Assembly: GCA_000004695.1 (NCBI GenBank)
Contig: CM000152.2
Coordinates: forward strand, 928,001 to 992,000
Length of the DNA: 64,000 nucleotides
Source of the DNA: Dictyostelium discoideum
Taxonomy: Eukaryota
Direction: 5' to 3'
Below the pieces are notes generated by a model. The model was not told the origin of the DNA. It was given only the letters and a program-made list of their open reading frames with translations, and did no database searches. Below, piece after piece: positions 14,210 through 28,160 of this stretch (positions within the stretch are counted from its first letter, which is position 1; each line of letters starts with the position of its first letter). The translations under genes and the position numbers were made by a program.

Positions 14210-15936
14210 TTAATTACGAATATTTAAATTCATTAAATTTCTTTGTTTATGTTCAATTGCCATTTCAATTGCAGATCTAAGTTGTTCAAGTTGAAATGGT
14301 TTTGAAATGAAATGATTCATACCATGATCGAAGCATCTCTTTTTATCAGTAGACATTGTATTGGCAGTTAAACCACAAATGAAAATGGAAGGACAAATTC
14401 TATTCCATTTATGATTTTGTTCAAATTCTCTAATAGTTTTTGAGCATCTTAAACCATCGAGTATTGGCATTTGAAAGTCCATAAATATGAGATCATAATG
14501 TTGTCTTTCTAATATTTCCAAAACCTCATTACCATTGCCAGCGACTTCAGCCTTGATACCAATTTTCTCCAAGAATTTAACGGCCACTCTTTGATTGATA
14601 ATGTTATCTTCAGCGATTAAAACTTTTACACAATCTTGAGGGAAAGCTTTATGACGTGCGCCATTGTTCATTTGTTGCATTGATTGGTCGGTACCCTCCT
14701 CCAAAGGTAAAATGAACCAAAAGGTAGAACCATCACAATCGGGATTGTTGTAAACTCCTATTTCACCCTTCATTAAACGTACCAACTTTGCACATAAATA
14801 AAGTCCCAAACCTGACCCACCATACTTTCTACTATCAGAGGGGTCAGCCTGAACAAAGGCTTCGAAAATCTTTTGATGACTTTCAACTGGTACACCAATA
14901 CCGGTATCTTTTACACGAAATGATATATTATATTCACCCTTTTTCAAAGACACCAATTCGGACTCCTCTTCGATGAGGTCAATTATGATTTTAACATAAC
15001 CACTCTGAGTGAATTTCAAAGCATTACCAGTTAAATTCATTAGTATTTGTAAGATTCTGCCAGAGTCACCAAGTAAAATCGAAGGAATCTTATCGGAAAC
15101 CTCACATGATAAATGAATATTCTTTTCATTAGCTTGACCAGACAAAACATGACAAATTTGTTGAGTTAATTCTCTCATTCTAAATGGTATATGTTCTAAA
15201 CCCATTTGATTGGCCTCCAATTTCGAAAGATCTAAAATATCATTAACCAATCTTAGTAGAATATCACCACACGATTTGACAGCCTTTGCCATTGTCTTCT
15301 CCTCTGGTGGTAGATTATGTGAATCTCTCAACAAAGTTGCCATACCAATTAAACCATTCAATGGTGTACGAATTTCATGACTCATTGTCGCTAAAAACTC
15401 TTGACGTGCTTGATATGCCTCAATGGCAGCATCCTTTGCAATTGTTAATTGTGCATTCTTTAATTTAGTTTCTCTATGTGCTTCATCTATAAAGTATTGA
15501 TAACATAATGTGAAAATCAATGTCATAATGATTATAGTTACATCAATGATGAAATTCATATGACTTCTAATTATAATCGATGGTATACCTTGAACATATT
15601 CATGTCCATACAAATTGGCTACAAAAAATAATAAATAAATTGATAAAACCATTAATGACCATTGTATCGATGCTTTTCTACCTAAAACCAATGCCGATAT
15701 AATAGGTACTGTACTCATTAACAATCTAATCGTACTCTGATGACCACCAGTATAATATGAATTAATTGTTAATGCAAAACATAATGTAAAACATAAAATA
15801 TGACATGGATAATGAATTGAACCAGTTCTTTTTAAAATTACTAAACTTGAAATTGACATTGGCATTGCAATTATTGCCATTACTGCTGGTTTATTAATAC
15901 CTAATTAAACAACAATTAAACATAACATAACATATT

Positions 15937-15967
<31 letters not shown>

Positions 15968-17537
15968 TATTATTATAAATATCTTTTATAATATAAATAT
16001 ACATACCAGATAACCAAAAAAATATTATCCAAGAAGGTATAAAACTTAAAATTGTAAAACAAAAACCAATGATTAATTTTGCTTTATATTTTTCAGTTGA
16101 TTTAATATTTGAACCATCCAATACTATTGAACAAATAAAATTAAATGAATTAAAAATGATATTATGTTCATGAAATGAAGGTGTTCTTTTCTCTTCAACA
16201 AGATTTTGTTGAGAATCATGTTGTTTTTGATCAATTTCAAATTTATTCATTAAATCATTAACATTATTATAATTATTATTTATATTATTATTATTATTAA
16301 TATTATTATTATTATTACTATTATTATTACCAATTTGTTCTTGTTGAATTTGTTGTTGTTGTTGTTGTTTTTGTTTTTGTTGTTGTTGACGTTGTAAAAG
16401 TATTGGATGTTGTTTAGTTTTATTTTGTTGTTGTTGTTGTTGCTGTTGCTGTAATTGTTGTTGTTGTTCAGTTGTAAATTGAAACGGTATATGTTGTTGT
16501 TCTTGTTCTTGACGTTTATTAATTGGTGAGGAATATTGTAAAGTATTATCTTGCTGTTGTTGCTGTTGTTGTTGTTGTTGAATATCAATTAAATCATTTT
16601 GTAAAATATCGAAATTTTCATTTAAATGAGAATGTTTCCATTGATCTAAATTATCAGTATTATAAACTACCAATGATTTCTTTGAACTATTTTCCAAAGC
16701 TAATTGGTCCAAATATTGATCGTTATCACTATTTGGTGAATTCATTCTAAAACATGGTGATGGAACTTGTGCTGGTTTCTTTCTAAATGGTATTAACGGA
16801 TGACTTCCATTCATTGTTGCTCCATCTTTTCCTTCCTTTTTATTATTATTGTTGCTTTTACTATTATTATTACTATTACTATTACTATTATTATTATTGT
16901 TATTATTATTATTGTTATTATTATTGTTGTTATTATTATTATTACCATTACCTCCACTACCACTTGCCCCACTATTGGAGCTACTACTACTACTATTTTG
17001 GTTACCATTATTATTATTATGGCTATTATTATTATTGTTGTTGTTGTTGTTTTGTTGATTTTTATTTACATTGTTTGATTGGTTACTGTTACCAGTACCA
17101 TTGTTACTATTTACATTTTTATTCATATTTACAAAGTGTGCTTGTTGCTGTTGTTTATTATATAAGGTTTTATTACAATTTTGTATATTATATGTATTGT
17201 TTAAATTTGCTTCATCGATATCGCTACCAATGTCTGTATCATCATAAAATTCGTTACTATCATTTGATTGAGTATCATCCTGATAAAGGTAATACGGATC
17301 AGTTTCATATAGGATTTCGTCTTTTTGTGGAAACATATATTCTGATAAACTACCGAACAACCTCTTTACAATTTGAAATGATTGTTTAACTGATGATGAT
17401 GATGATGATGATGATAATGACGATGATGATGACGATGATGACAATGATATTCTATGTTGGGTAGCAATTGTTTGGTCTTTTTGTTGTTGTTGTTGTTTTG
17501 GTTGTTTTTGATTGTTTTTATATTGTTCAATATTACA

Positions 17538-17611
<74 letters not shown>

Positions 17612-17957
17612 TACTACTACAACCACTACTATTATTTCTACTACTGCTACTACTATAATTATTATTATTATTATTACCTATTGTGTCTGAATTGAAAATC
17701 GATAATAATATCGGTGGTTTGGGTGGAAGAAATGAGTTTAATGATAAACACTGTGACCCTACTGAATTTGGATGATGACTTAAAAAAGAATTCGGAATAC
17801 TAGAATAAATTATTGAATTTTGATTATATTCAAAGTATTTATTTGTATTGGTTTTATTTATATTATTATTATTATTGTTATTATTAGATGAATTATTTCT
17901 AGTATTAGTATTATTTTCATTTTTATTTATTTTTGAATGATTGTTTAACTCAATCAT
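14210..17957 (-). CDS. Hybrid sensor histidine kinase (Dhk family). Two exons: 17957..16007 and 15900..14210, with a 106-bp intron.
   Basis: Signatures: H-box ATMSHEIRTPLNGLIGMATLL, N-box LMNLTGNALKFT, G1 DTGIGVP, G2 GGSGLGL. A C-terminal receiver follows (VLIAEDNIINQRVAVKFL ... DLIFMDFQMPILDG). Multiple TM helices lie upstream of the kinase core. Exon 1 is about 650 aa of N/Q/S-rich low complexity. GTATGT donor at 16006 and TAG acceptor at 15901 are phase-consistent (G+GT gives Gly). Confidence 0.8.
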
Positions 17958-18016
17958 TCTTTATTTTTTTTTATTTTTGTTTTTTTTTTATTTTTTATTT
18001 ATTTATTTATTTATTT

Positions 18017-18056
<40 letters not shown>

Positions 18057-18263
18057 TTTTATCTATAAATAAATAAATAAATAAATTAAAAATTAACAAC
18101 AAAACAAAAAAATGATAAAAAAAAAAATTTAAGGAAATAATTGGACAAAAAAAAAAAAAAAAAAATTTTTAATTAAAAAAAAATATTGAGGAAAAAAACA
18201 ATGTTAAAAAAAAAAAAATAAAAAAATAAAAAATTTTTTATTATTTTTTATCGATCTTGGAAG

Positions 18264-18300
<37 letters not shown>

Positions 18301-18496
18301 AAAAAAAGTAAAAAATAATTGGTAATCTATGAAAAAGTGATTTTCGATAGAACAGGGGGTGCTGATTTTCACTAAATATAAAATGTGATTTTTTAATTTT
18401 CTTTTTTTATTTTTATTTTCCAATTTTGTTTTTTATTTTTGTTTTTGTTTTTTATTTTTATTATTTTTATTATCCAATTTTTTTTATTATTATTTA

Positions 18497-18546
<50 letters not shown>

Positions 18547-18937
18547 CGATAAATTGAATATATGTTATATGATATATAAACAGAAATGAAAAATTGTTTT
18601 TATAAACATAGATTTGATAATAAACTATTTTAAAATGAATAAATCGAATATTTTAAAAGTGGGTGAGAGTGTGTGGTTCTCTTTAAAAAAAATAAAAATA
18701 AAAATAAAAAAATAAATGAAAAAAAAAAGTTAAAATAAAAAAAAAAAATACAAAAATTAAAAAATTAATAAATAAAAACAAACAAAAATGGAGTGGTTTT
18801 TAAATAAAAAAAAAAAAATAAAAAAAAAATGAATGCACTACCACTCCCCTAATTATGATACTAACATACAAGTATATTTTAAATTAATAAGATAGATTTT
18901 TTTTTATGATATCTTTTTTTTTTTTTTTTTTACATCA

Positions 18938-18977
<40 letters not shown>

Positions 18978-20074
18978 CCACACATAATTATTACATTTTT
19001 GTGCCACAGAAAAAAAACTAAATTTAGTTTAGCAATAATTGTTAAAAAAATTACCTCTTCTATTTTGTTTTTTCTTAAAAATTATTTTTAGGGCGAAAAT
19101 ATTATTGTTTAGAAGAAAAAAGAAAAAAAAAAAAAAAAAAGTGGAAAAAAAAAGAATTTTCAAAAAAAAAAAAAATAAAATAAAAATAAAATTATATTAT
19201 ATTATGTATATGAATAAAACTCCAAGATATGAATGAAGTTTTCAAAGATCTATACAAAAAGAAAAATCTTTGTGTGGTGTTTTTAAAGTGGTAGTGGTGT
19301 GGTTAATAAATTTAAAAATTAATTGAAACATTGCGTGTGGAATTACAATAGTTTTGGTGTTTCAAAAAAAAAATAAAAAATAAAAATATATAATTAAAAA
19401 CAATAAAACAAAATAAATAAATTTAAAAAAGAGATTTAAAAAAATAATAAAAAAAATAATAAAAAAAATCTTTTTCAATTAAAAAAATATTATAATATCT
19501 ACCTTTTACTACAAGAGGTAGCTGTGTTGAATATGTTTTTTTTTTTTTTTAACATTTAGAAATAAAAAAACTATTTAAAAAAAAAGATTTCCTTTGATTT
19601 TTAAAGTATAAATTTCTATATTTTTTATTGTTATTATAATTTAAAAAAAAATTTTTTTTTTTTTTTTCTTAATAATTATTTTCTTATTTTATAATTATTA
19701 TTATTATTTTTTTGATTTCTTTTATATTTTAATTATTTTTTTAACTTTTTTATTATTTTATTTTAAAATTTTTTTTTTAAAAAACATTTTTTTTTAAAAT
19801 TTTATAAACAGATAAAATATTTTTTTATTTTTTTTTTTTTTTATTTTTATTATTTATTTTATTATTTAAAAATAAAAAAATAAAAAAATGTAAAAAAAAA
19901 TGTAAAAAATAAAAAAAGTGGTATTATAATTAATTATTATTATTATTATTATTATTTATTGCTTTTAAACCTACAAGTATTTTTATTTTTTTTTTAATTA
20001 TTAAAAAAAAAAAAAAAAAAATTAATTTTATTTTTTTGTCCTATAACATTTAAAAAAAAAAATAATAGGAAAAA

Positions 20075-20108
<34 letters not shown>

Positions 20109-21494
20109 AAAAAGATTGATAACATGAAAAAACAACAATGGAGTGTCTCATAATAAAAAAATAAATAAAAAATAAATAAATAATAAAAAAACCATAAAAT
20201 CCATTGTTTTTTTTTTTTTTTTTTTTGTATTTTGAACTGATTTTTTCTATTGCGGTGAAATGGAGGGTTATTTTCTTTTTTTTTCTTTTCATCCCTTCCA
20301 TATATAACCAATTTTTAAAAATTTTAAAATAAAATTATTTTTTAAAATAAAATTTTGTCGATCCTTCAATTGGTCAAAAAAAAAAAAATTTTTTTATTTT
20401 ATAAAATTTCTAAAAAGGGTTAAAAAGGAGCAAAAAAATAAAAAATTTTAAAATAAAAAAAAAAAAATTAAAATTAAAAAAAAAATAAAAATAAAAAAAA
20501 AAAATGAATCCATTAGATAATGAAATGTTTCAAAAAAAAATAAAAAAAAAAAAATTAAATAACTAATTAATTTCTTTTTTAAGAAGTAGTTTATCAATTA
20601 TAAAATATAATTATCAACCTTAAAAAAAAAAACAACAAATAATAAAGTGATTTGTTTTCTTCACTTTTTTTTAAATAATTGGGAATTACATAATGTAAAT
20701 AAGTGATCAAAAAATAAAAATTGATACATATTTATTGGAATGGATTCAATTTAAAAAGAATGATTAATTAACTATTGGTCTTACCTTTTATTTCCTTTTT
20801 TTTTCCAATTTTTTAATATTTTTAATCTCTTTTTTTTTTTTTCCCTATTCAAAGTTAAAATTTTTTTTTTTTTTTTTCAAACTGTTTTATTTATAATATT
20901 ATTATAATTATTTTTTTTACTATTACTATTAATATTATTACTATAATTTTTTATTTAAAATTAAATTTTTATTTAATTTATTTTTATTTTTTATGATTTT
21001 ATATTTATAGTTGTATGTTCATTTTTTTTTAAAAAAAAAATATTTAATTTTTATTAATGTTGGGTTATAAATATAAATAATTTAAAATAGGAATAAATTA
21101 ATTTTTTTTTTAAAATAATAAAAAAAAAAAAAAAAACTAATAGGTTTCGAACCTGGTGATCATTTGATTATTTTAAAATTTTTTTATATTAAAATAAAAT
21201 AATAAATAATAGCCTGTTATCAGGTATTAAATCTAACAAAAAAAAAACAAATTTAAATTAAAAATTCTTTTCATAAAATTACCCTTAATTTAATAAAAAA
21301 AAAAAAAAAAAAAAGTAAGGTTAATAGTCACAAAATAGATTTAATAATAGTGTTTCACAATAGGGTGTAGATCATTCCTAAAAATAATATTTTGATTTTA
21401 AAATTTTTTTATTTGTTTATTTATAAAATTCAGATAACAACTTAATAAAAAACTAAAACCAAAATAAACCACAACCCACAACATTTCTTTTTCC

Positions 21495-21527
<33 letters not shown>

Positions 21528-22006
21528 TATTATTTTTTAAAAAAAAAATCTAAAAAAAAAGATTTTAATAATTGGATGTATATTTTGTGTACAACCACAC
21601 AATTAATTTTTTTTTTTTATTGTATTTTAAAAGGTCAAAAATAAGGGTATATATATTATGTTATTTATAACAATCAAATTAAATTAATAAATAAATAAAT
21701 TAATTTAAACACTAACCTATTATGTATAAATGCAAATTACTCACTTGATAAATCGTAATAATCTATTTTTTAAAAACTACATTTCCAAAAAATAAATTAA
21801 ATTAAATTAAATTATAATAAAAATAAAAATAATAATAATAATAAAAATAAAAATAAATAAAACAATATAAAAAAACAATTATTTTTCATTGTTTAAAAAC
21901 ATTTTACTTTCAAATTTCTTTTTTTTTTTTAATTTTTATTTCTTTTAGTATTCCCAAATTCCCAAATTTTTACACAAAATAAAAAAAAAAAAAAAAATGA
22001 AAAATG

Positions 22007-22042
<36 letters not shown>

Positions 22043-22149
22043 TAAAATATAAAAACTCGATTATTGTGTATTTTAATAAAAATAGTTTATCAAAAAAAGA
22101 AATAGAAATTTTTAAACAAATAAATATAAATAAATAAATTAAAAAGAAA

Positions 22150-23676
22150 ATGACAGATTCAGTAGTTAGAGGATTTGAAGATGAATTATCATTTATTGAA
22201 AAGATAGATTCAGTTAGATATAGAGTTAAAAAAGGATTTGTACCAAATATGAATGTTGATGGTATGATCTATGTTAATGATTCAATTAAAGATTATTTAT
22301 ATGAAGAATTGGAACAATATTCAAAACGTGGTGTTAGTGGATTTTTACCAGCAGTTAAACAGATTGCAAATGTTGCAAGTTTACCAGGTATTGTGGGACA
22401 TTCATTGGGTATGCCTGATATTCATAGTGGCTATGGGTTTAGTATTGGTAATGTTGCAGCATTTGATACAGAGGACCCGCTATCGATCGTTTCACCTGGG
22501 GGTGTTGGTTTCGATATTAATTGTGGTGTAAGATTATTAAGAACCAATTTAACAGAGAAAGATATTGAACCAATTAAAGAACAACTTTGCCAATCACTTT
22601 TCGACCATGTACCAGTTGGTGTGGGCTCCAAGGGTGTCATACCAATGAATATAAAGACCCTAAATCAAGCATTGGAAATGGGTGTCGACTGGTCATTGGG
22701 TGAGGGTTATGCATGGGTTGAGGATAAAGAGCATTGTGAAGAGTATGGCAGAATGTTGAATGCCGACCCAACCAAAGTGTCCGAGAGGGCAAAGAAGAGG
22801 GGTTTGCCACAATTGGGTACTTTGGGAGCTGGTAATCATTATTTAGAGGTGCAGGTGGTCGATGAAATCTATGATAAAGCAGCTGCAAATAAAATGGGTA
22901 TCGATAGACAAGGTCAAATTTGTATTATGATTCATAGTGGTAGTAGAGGTTTGGGTCATCAAGTTGCAACCGATTCCTTGACTCTAATGGAGAAAGCAAT
23001 GGCAAGAGATCACATTCATTTAAATGATAAACAATTGGCATGCTCAAGAATTAACAGTACCGAAGGTCAAGACTACCTCTCTGGTATGGCTGCCGCCGCA
23101 AATTTCGCTTGGGTAAATAGACAAAGTATGACTTTTCTAACAAGACAAGCATTTGCCAAAGCATTCAATTCAACCCCTGACGATTTAGATATGCATGTAA
23201 TCTATGATGTGTCTCATAATATAGCAAAATTCGAAGAACACAATGTAAATGGTAGACCAAAGAAATTATTAGTACATAGAAAAGGTGCAACTCGTGCATT
23301 TGCACCTCATCATCCATTGATACCCGTCGATTATCAATTCACTGGTCAACCAGTATTAATTGGTGGTACAATGGGTACTTGTAGTTATGTTTTAACTGGT
23401 ACTGAATTAGGTATGAATGAAACTTTTGGTTCAACTTGTCATGGTGCAGGTAGATCTTGTTCAAGAAATAAATCTAGAAATAATTTATCATACACTGATG
23501 TCTTGGATAGTTTACAAGCAAAAGGTATTAGTATTCGTGTTGCATCTCCAAAATTAGTTATGGAAGAAGCTCCTGAATCTTATAAAGATGTTGTACAAGT
23601 TATTGAAACTTGTCATAAAGCTGGAATTTCAAAAAAATCTGTAAAATTAAGACCAATTGCTGTTATTAAAGGTTAA
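22150..23676 (+). CDS. rtcb: RtcB/HSPC117 RNA 3'-phosphate (tRNA-splicing) ligase, 508 aa, no introns.
   Basis: A single ORF of RtcB length (human RTCB is about 505 aa) with RtcB-like sequence throughout. The identification is made from memory, not by alignment. Confidence 0.85.
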
Positions 23677-23822
23677 AAAAAATAAAATTTTTATTTGTTT
23701 TTAATAAAAAAAAAAAAAAAAAAAGAAAAGAAAGAAATATATCTATAATAAAATCGGATTTTATTTTGTTTGTTTAATTTGTTTTTGTTTTTTTTTTTTG
23801 ATGGTTTTTGTACAAAGGTTTT

Positions 23823-23855
<33 letters not shown>

Positions 23856-23935
23856 GATTATAATATATATAGATATAAATAGATAAATAATATTTGTTTT
23901 TTTTTTTTTTTTTTTTATTATTATTTTCTTTTTTT

Positions 23936-26731
23936 TTAATTACTTGCAAGTTGAACATCTTCATCTAAAGAATTTAAAATTTTAATTAATTTTCCAAAAG
24001 AATCTTTTTCTTGTTGAGTTTTTGGTTCAGATTCAGTTGACTCCATTTCTTCAGCCATATCTTGACGTTGTTTAATTAAATGACGATATAGACAAGCCAA
24101 TTCTTTTTCCAGTATGATTGGTGATTGTAAAGCACCAGGTGGACAATCAGCAGGAACTGTTGAAAGAGTATTAATGAATGATTTCATATTTTCCATATTA
24201 TCAATTACGAAACGATTCATATCTTTCATAAAGTCTTCTTTGTATTCACCAAATTCTACTTGATTTGCCAAATTTTGTAAGGTTTTTGCAATAAGAATGA
24301 GAGAACGAGTAGTTTTAATGCCTGGATGATCTGGCATTAGATCGAAAAGTTTTGGAGCTAAAATTGCAGGACAAAAGAAACGAAGGAAAATGAAACCACT
24401 TACGGCTGTATAACGTGTGATTTCATCCTTTGGATAACGTTGAACCACTTTATCTTGAATGGATTTGAATACCTCTCTCAATGGGCCAGGACAATTATTT
24501 ACACTAGAGAGGATAGCAGTAGTCATCTTTTTAACCCAACTTAAAAGATTCTTACAATTCTTTTTAATATCCTCACCCTTCTCCAATTTGGTTGGATCAA
24601 TTTCACAAGACTTTTTTGATGAGTAAATCTTTTTAATCAATGGTCCAATGGTTTGAGAGAGATATGGTATACCAATTAATTTCATGAAAAGGTCTACACT
24701 CTTGGTTGCAAGTGAATTACCACGGAAAATAATGTCTGGATTATTGGTTGAATCAATTTCATGATCGGTTAAAGATTTTAAAAGGTATAGACATTTTCCA
24801 GTTTTTTCAAATACTCTAATTAAATTGTTTGATACTGATTCACGATGTTTTGTAACCTTTCCTAACAATGTAATGGTATAAAGGTTCTCTTGTTGTAAGA
24901 GTTCCAATAATGGTTGATAACTTTGTAATGGTAAAACTACTTCTTCACTATATTTTAATTTTAATCTAATATCACCAAATTTATTATCTAATGTTTGTTT
25001 TGGATAAAGACATAACCATTGATCATTTGGTTTCTCTATATCAATATGAGATGCTAATACAATACCTTGACCAATGAAATATTGTTCATAACCATCTTTT
25101 AATGGATTCATAATATTTGTACCATTATTATGATGATGATGAAGATTATTTGATGAATCTATTACATTTATACTACCATTACTAATTAAAGAACTTGTAC
25201 TATTAATAGATGAACTTAAATTGATTGTTTCAGGTGGTGCTGGTCCACCTGATGTACCAGTTGATTTTGGTGTTGTTTGTGGTGTATTAGTTGATGCATT
25301 TGATGATGATCTTGTCTTTGAATCTGGTGTTTTAATATTATTTGATTGTGATGATGGTGAAATTGGTGTTGATGGTGTTGATGATGGTGTTGTTGTAGCG
25401 GTAGTATCATTAGATTTTTGATGTGATGATGGTGGTGGGGTTGATGGTATGAAACCACTACCACTGGCACTTGAATTTGTGCCTCTTGGTGATTTTAAAC
25501 CACTAATATCACCATCATCTGAAAAAGTTTTTGGTTCATATCTCCAAAGTGTAAAAGTAATACATTCAATTGAATCTTTTAATTCTCTAGTGATACCATT
25601 AGTTAAGGCATCTTGCCAAGCAATACCTTCTTCGTCAATAACTATATCACCTTTTTTTGAACGTACAGACCAATTAATGAATGGAGTTGTATTTGTATAA
25701 ACGTTTGAAATATTTTCAGTGCTAGTTGAGCCACCCATTGAAGCAGCAGACATTGAAGGCAATGGAGTTGCCAATGAGTGTGATAAATTTCTACCAAATA
25801 AAACTTTCCATTGAATATGACCAGGTTGTGATGGATCTGTTAATGATATTGGTTTAAAGTTAAATAATATTTGAATTTGTGGTACTTTTTTCGAACTCTG
25901 TGGTTGAGTTAAAGGAAACCAAAGCTCCCTCTCTTTTTGATCCTTTAGTGTATTGATTGGTATCACCAATTTACCTATATGCTCATCGTTTGAATACTTC
26001 TTTTCATCCATAACTGATAATACCAATTTTGCTGATGCTGGATCACTGATTTCCAATTGAAACTCCTCACACCAAAATGGATTCAATTTCTTTGGAATTG
26101 TACGTGTACGTTGTTTTTGTTTCTCCAATTGAACTGTACAATAGGGATCGGTTGTATCTGAAAATGTCATTAAATTTGGTGATGATATCTCTGTAAGTAA
26201 ATTTTGTGCACGTTTAAATGATTTACCATTCTTTACCATCTCTCTCTTTCTTAATCTTGCCTCTATTAAATTTCTTGCTTCAAATACTTTAACTGTTAAA
26301 TTACAATCTTTAGTTTTTTGTTGTCTAATTAATGATTCATATGTTGCTGATGGTGTCATTAATGATTTTCTAGACATTGTTGATGTCTCTATATTATTAT
26401 TATTATTATTTATTTCATTTATTGTGTTTGTAGTTGTAGTATTTCCATCTTTTATATTTAATAATGGTATTGATGTTTTAGATTGTATTTGTTGTTGTTC
26501 TATTATAATATCATTTTTAATTTCAAATTCTAAAATTTTTTTTTTAATATTGATTTTTTTTTTTTTTTTTTTTTTTTGATATTTGTGTGTTAAAATTTGT
26601 TTATGTGTTTAAAATTTTATTTTATTTTATTTTTTTTTTTTTTTTGTGTGTTTAAAATTTTTTTTTTTTTTTTTTTATTATATACACTTACCATTAATAG
26701 TATTTTCGTTTACTGTTAATGATTCCATCAT
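23936..26731 (-). CDS. C2-domain Ras GTPase-activating protein. Two exons: a 40-nt micro-exon at 26731..26692 and the main exon 26529..23936.
   Basis: N-terminal C2-like region (VKVFEARNL ... DPYCTVQL ... FQLEISD). S/T/P-rich linker. RasGAP catalytic core with arginine-finger motif FRGNSLATKSVDLFMKLIG, then ILAPKLFDLM. Exon 1 reads MMESLTVNENTIN, with GTAAGT donor and TTTTAG acceptor, phase 1+2 giving GAA. Confidence 0.75.
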
Positions 26732-27309
26732 TTTATTTTTTTATATTTAATTAATTAATAATACAACCTAATCAAATGAAAGGTAAAGTTTTTTTGATAA
26801 CAATAATTCTTTTTTTTTTTTTTTTATTATATTTTTTAAAAAAAATAAAATTAAAAATTTTTTTTTTTTTGTTTTTTTTTTTGTGAGGGTTTTTTTTTTT
26901 TTTTTTTAATGAAAAAAAAAAAAATTGTCTATAAATTAGTGGTTAATATGAAAAAAATAAATATTAGATATTAAATATTTAATCTTAATTTTTAAATGAA
27001 ATAAAAATAAAATCAAAAATAAAGTATAGATAAAAACAATAAAAATAAATAAAAATAAAACAATGTCTTTTGAAAAAAAAAAAAAAAAAATAAAAATAAA
27101 AAAAAAAAAAAATAAAAAAAAAATTGAAAAAAAATAAAAATAAAAAAAAAAAAAAAAAAAAAAAACAAATTTTTTTTGAGATTATTGAAACGATTCAATT
27201 TTTCAAATAAATTTTTCATGATGAATGTACATATGTGTATTAATATATCTATTTATATTTTAACTTATTTTGGTTTTGTTTTTACTTTTTTTTTAAAATT
27301 TTTTTTTTA

Positions 27310-27340
<31 letters not shown>

Positions 27341-28084
27341 TTTTAATCAAAATTTTAATTATTTACAATATTTATTTAAAATTGGAATGATATGTGAGTT
27401 TGTGGTGTGAGAGAACGATTTAAAAATAAAAATAGAATTAAATTTAAAAATATAATTAAAATTAGAAATAGTAATTCCCTTTCTCTTTTTCTTTAATTTT
27501 TTAAAAAAATAATTACTTTATATATTTATTTAATATTTTATAATTAATAATGAAATAAAAAAATAAATTTGGAAAAAAATAAAATGAAAAAAAAAAAAAA
27601 AAAAGAATAATATGCAATACTTTGATTATATAAATAATTTTCTTTTGTAAAAAAAAAAAAAAAAAAAAATTTTTTTTTACAAATATACTTTTATAGAAAA
27701 TTTACAACCATAATTATAATTAACTATTTACCTATCACTTTTTTTTTTTTATTTTTATTACAATTACTATCTTTTTAAAATAATAATGATAAAAATATAA
27801 ATAAAAATAAAAAAAAATAAATAAAAAAAAAATAAAAAAAAGAAAACCTTTCTTTAATTGTTTTTTTTTATTTTTTTTTTTTTTTAATCAAGAAGAGAGA
27901 GAAAATAAAAAAAAAAAAATTATAAAAATAAAAAGAATAAAAAAATAAAAAATACAAATAATAAAAAAAATAAAAAAATAAAAAAAAACAAAACACGCCA
28001 ACAATAACGCTATAATAATGTTAAATGATGAAAATTAATAATAAACATACCTTTAGTTTATATTATATTGATATTGATATTGTT

Positions 28085-28098
28085 ACTGTTACTGTTTG

Positions 28099-28157
<59 letters not shown>
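28085..28157. repeat. Poly(T) homopolymer of about 70 nt.
   Basis: Direct reading. Confidence 0.95.

Positions 28158-28160
<3 letters not shown>

Noticed and set aside
16787-17690. Plus-strand polyY, polyI and polyL ORFs (16787..17389, 16800..17078, 16849..17058, 17454..17695) antisense to the histidine kinase exon 1.
   Set aside because: They are artefacts of (AAT)n/(CAA)n/(ATT)n coding repeats, which are open in all frames. The sense-strand HK ORF is continuous and joins in-phase to the kinase core.
18000-21000. Numerous 60-100-aa ORFs in AT-rich intergenic DNA (for example 18906..19091, 19994..20311, 27013..27219, 28025..28301, 30240..30557, 31412..31814), translated as polyF/polyK/polyI.
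   Set aside because: They are homopolymer-derived, have no start context, and overlap on both strands. They are not genes.
21139-21162. tRNA gene suggested by GGTTTCGAACC (T-arm-like) followed by poly(A).
   Set aside because: No acceptor stem, D-arm or anticodon stem-loop can be folded from the flanking, purely A/T sequence. At most it is a fragment; it is kept only as a low-level note inside the 17958-22149 finding.
25216-25700. Overlapping small ORFs on both strands inside the RasGAP linker (25216..25470 His/Gln-rich; 25221..25421; 25449..25700).
   Set aside because: They are alternative-frame readings of the S/T/P-rich (ACC/ACA/TCA)n linker of the 813-aa RasGAP ORF, which is continuous through this region.
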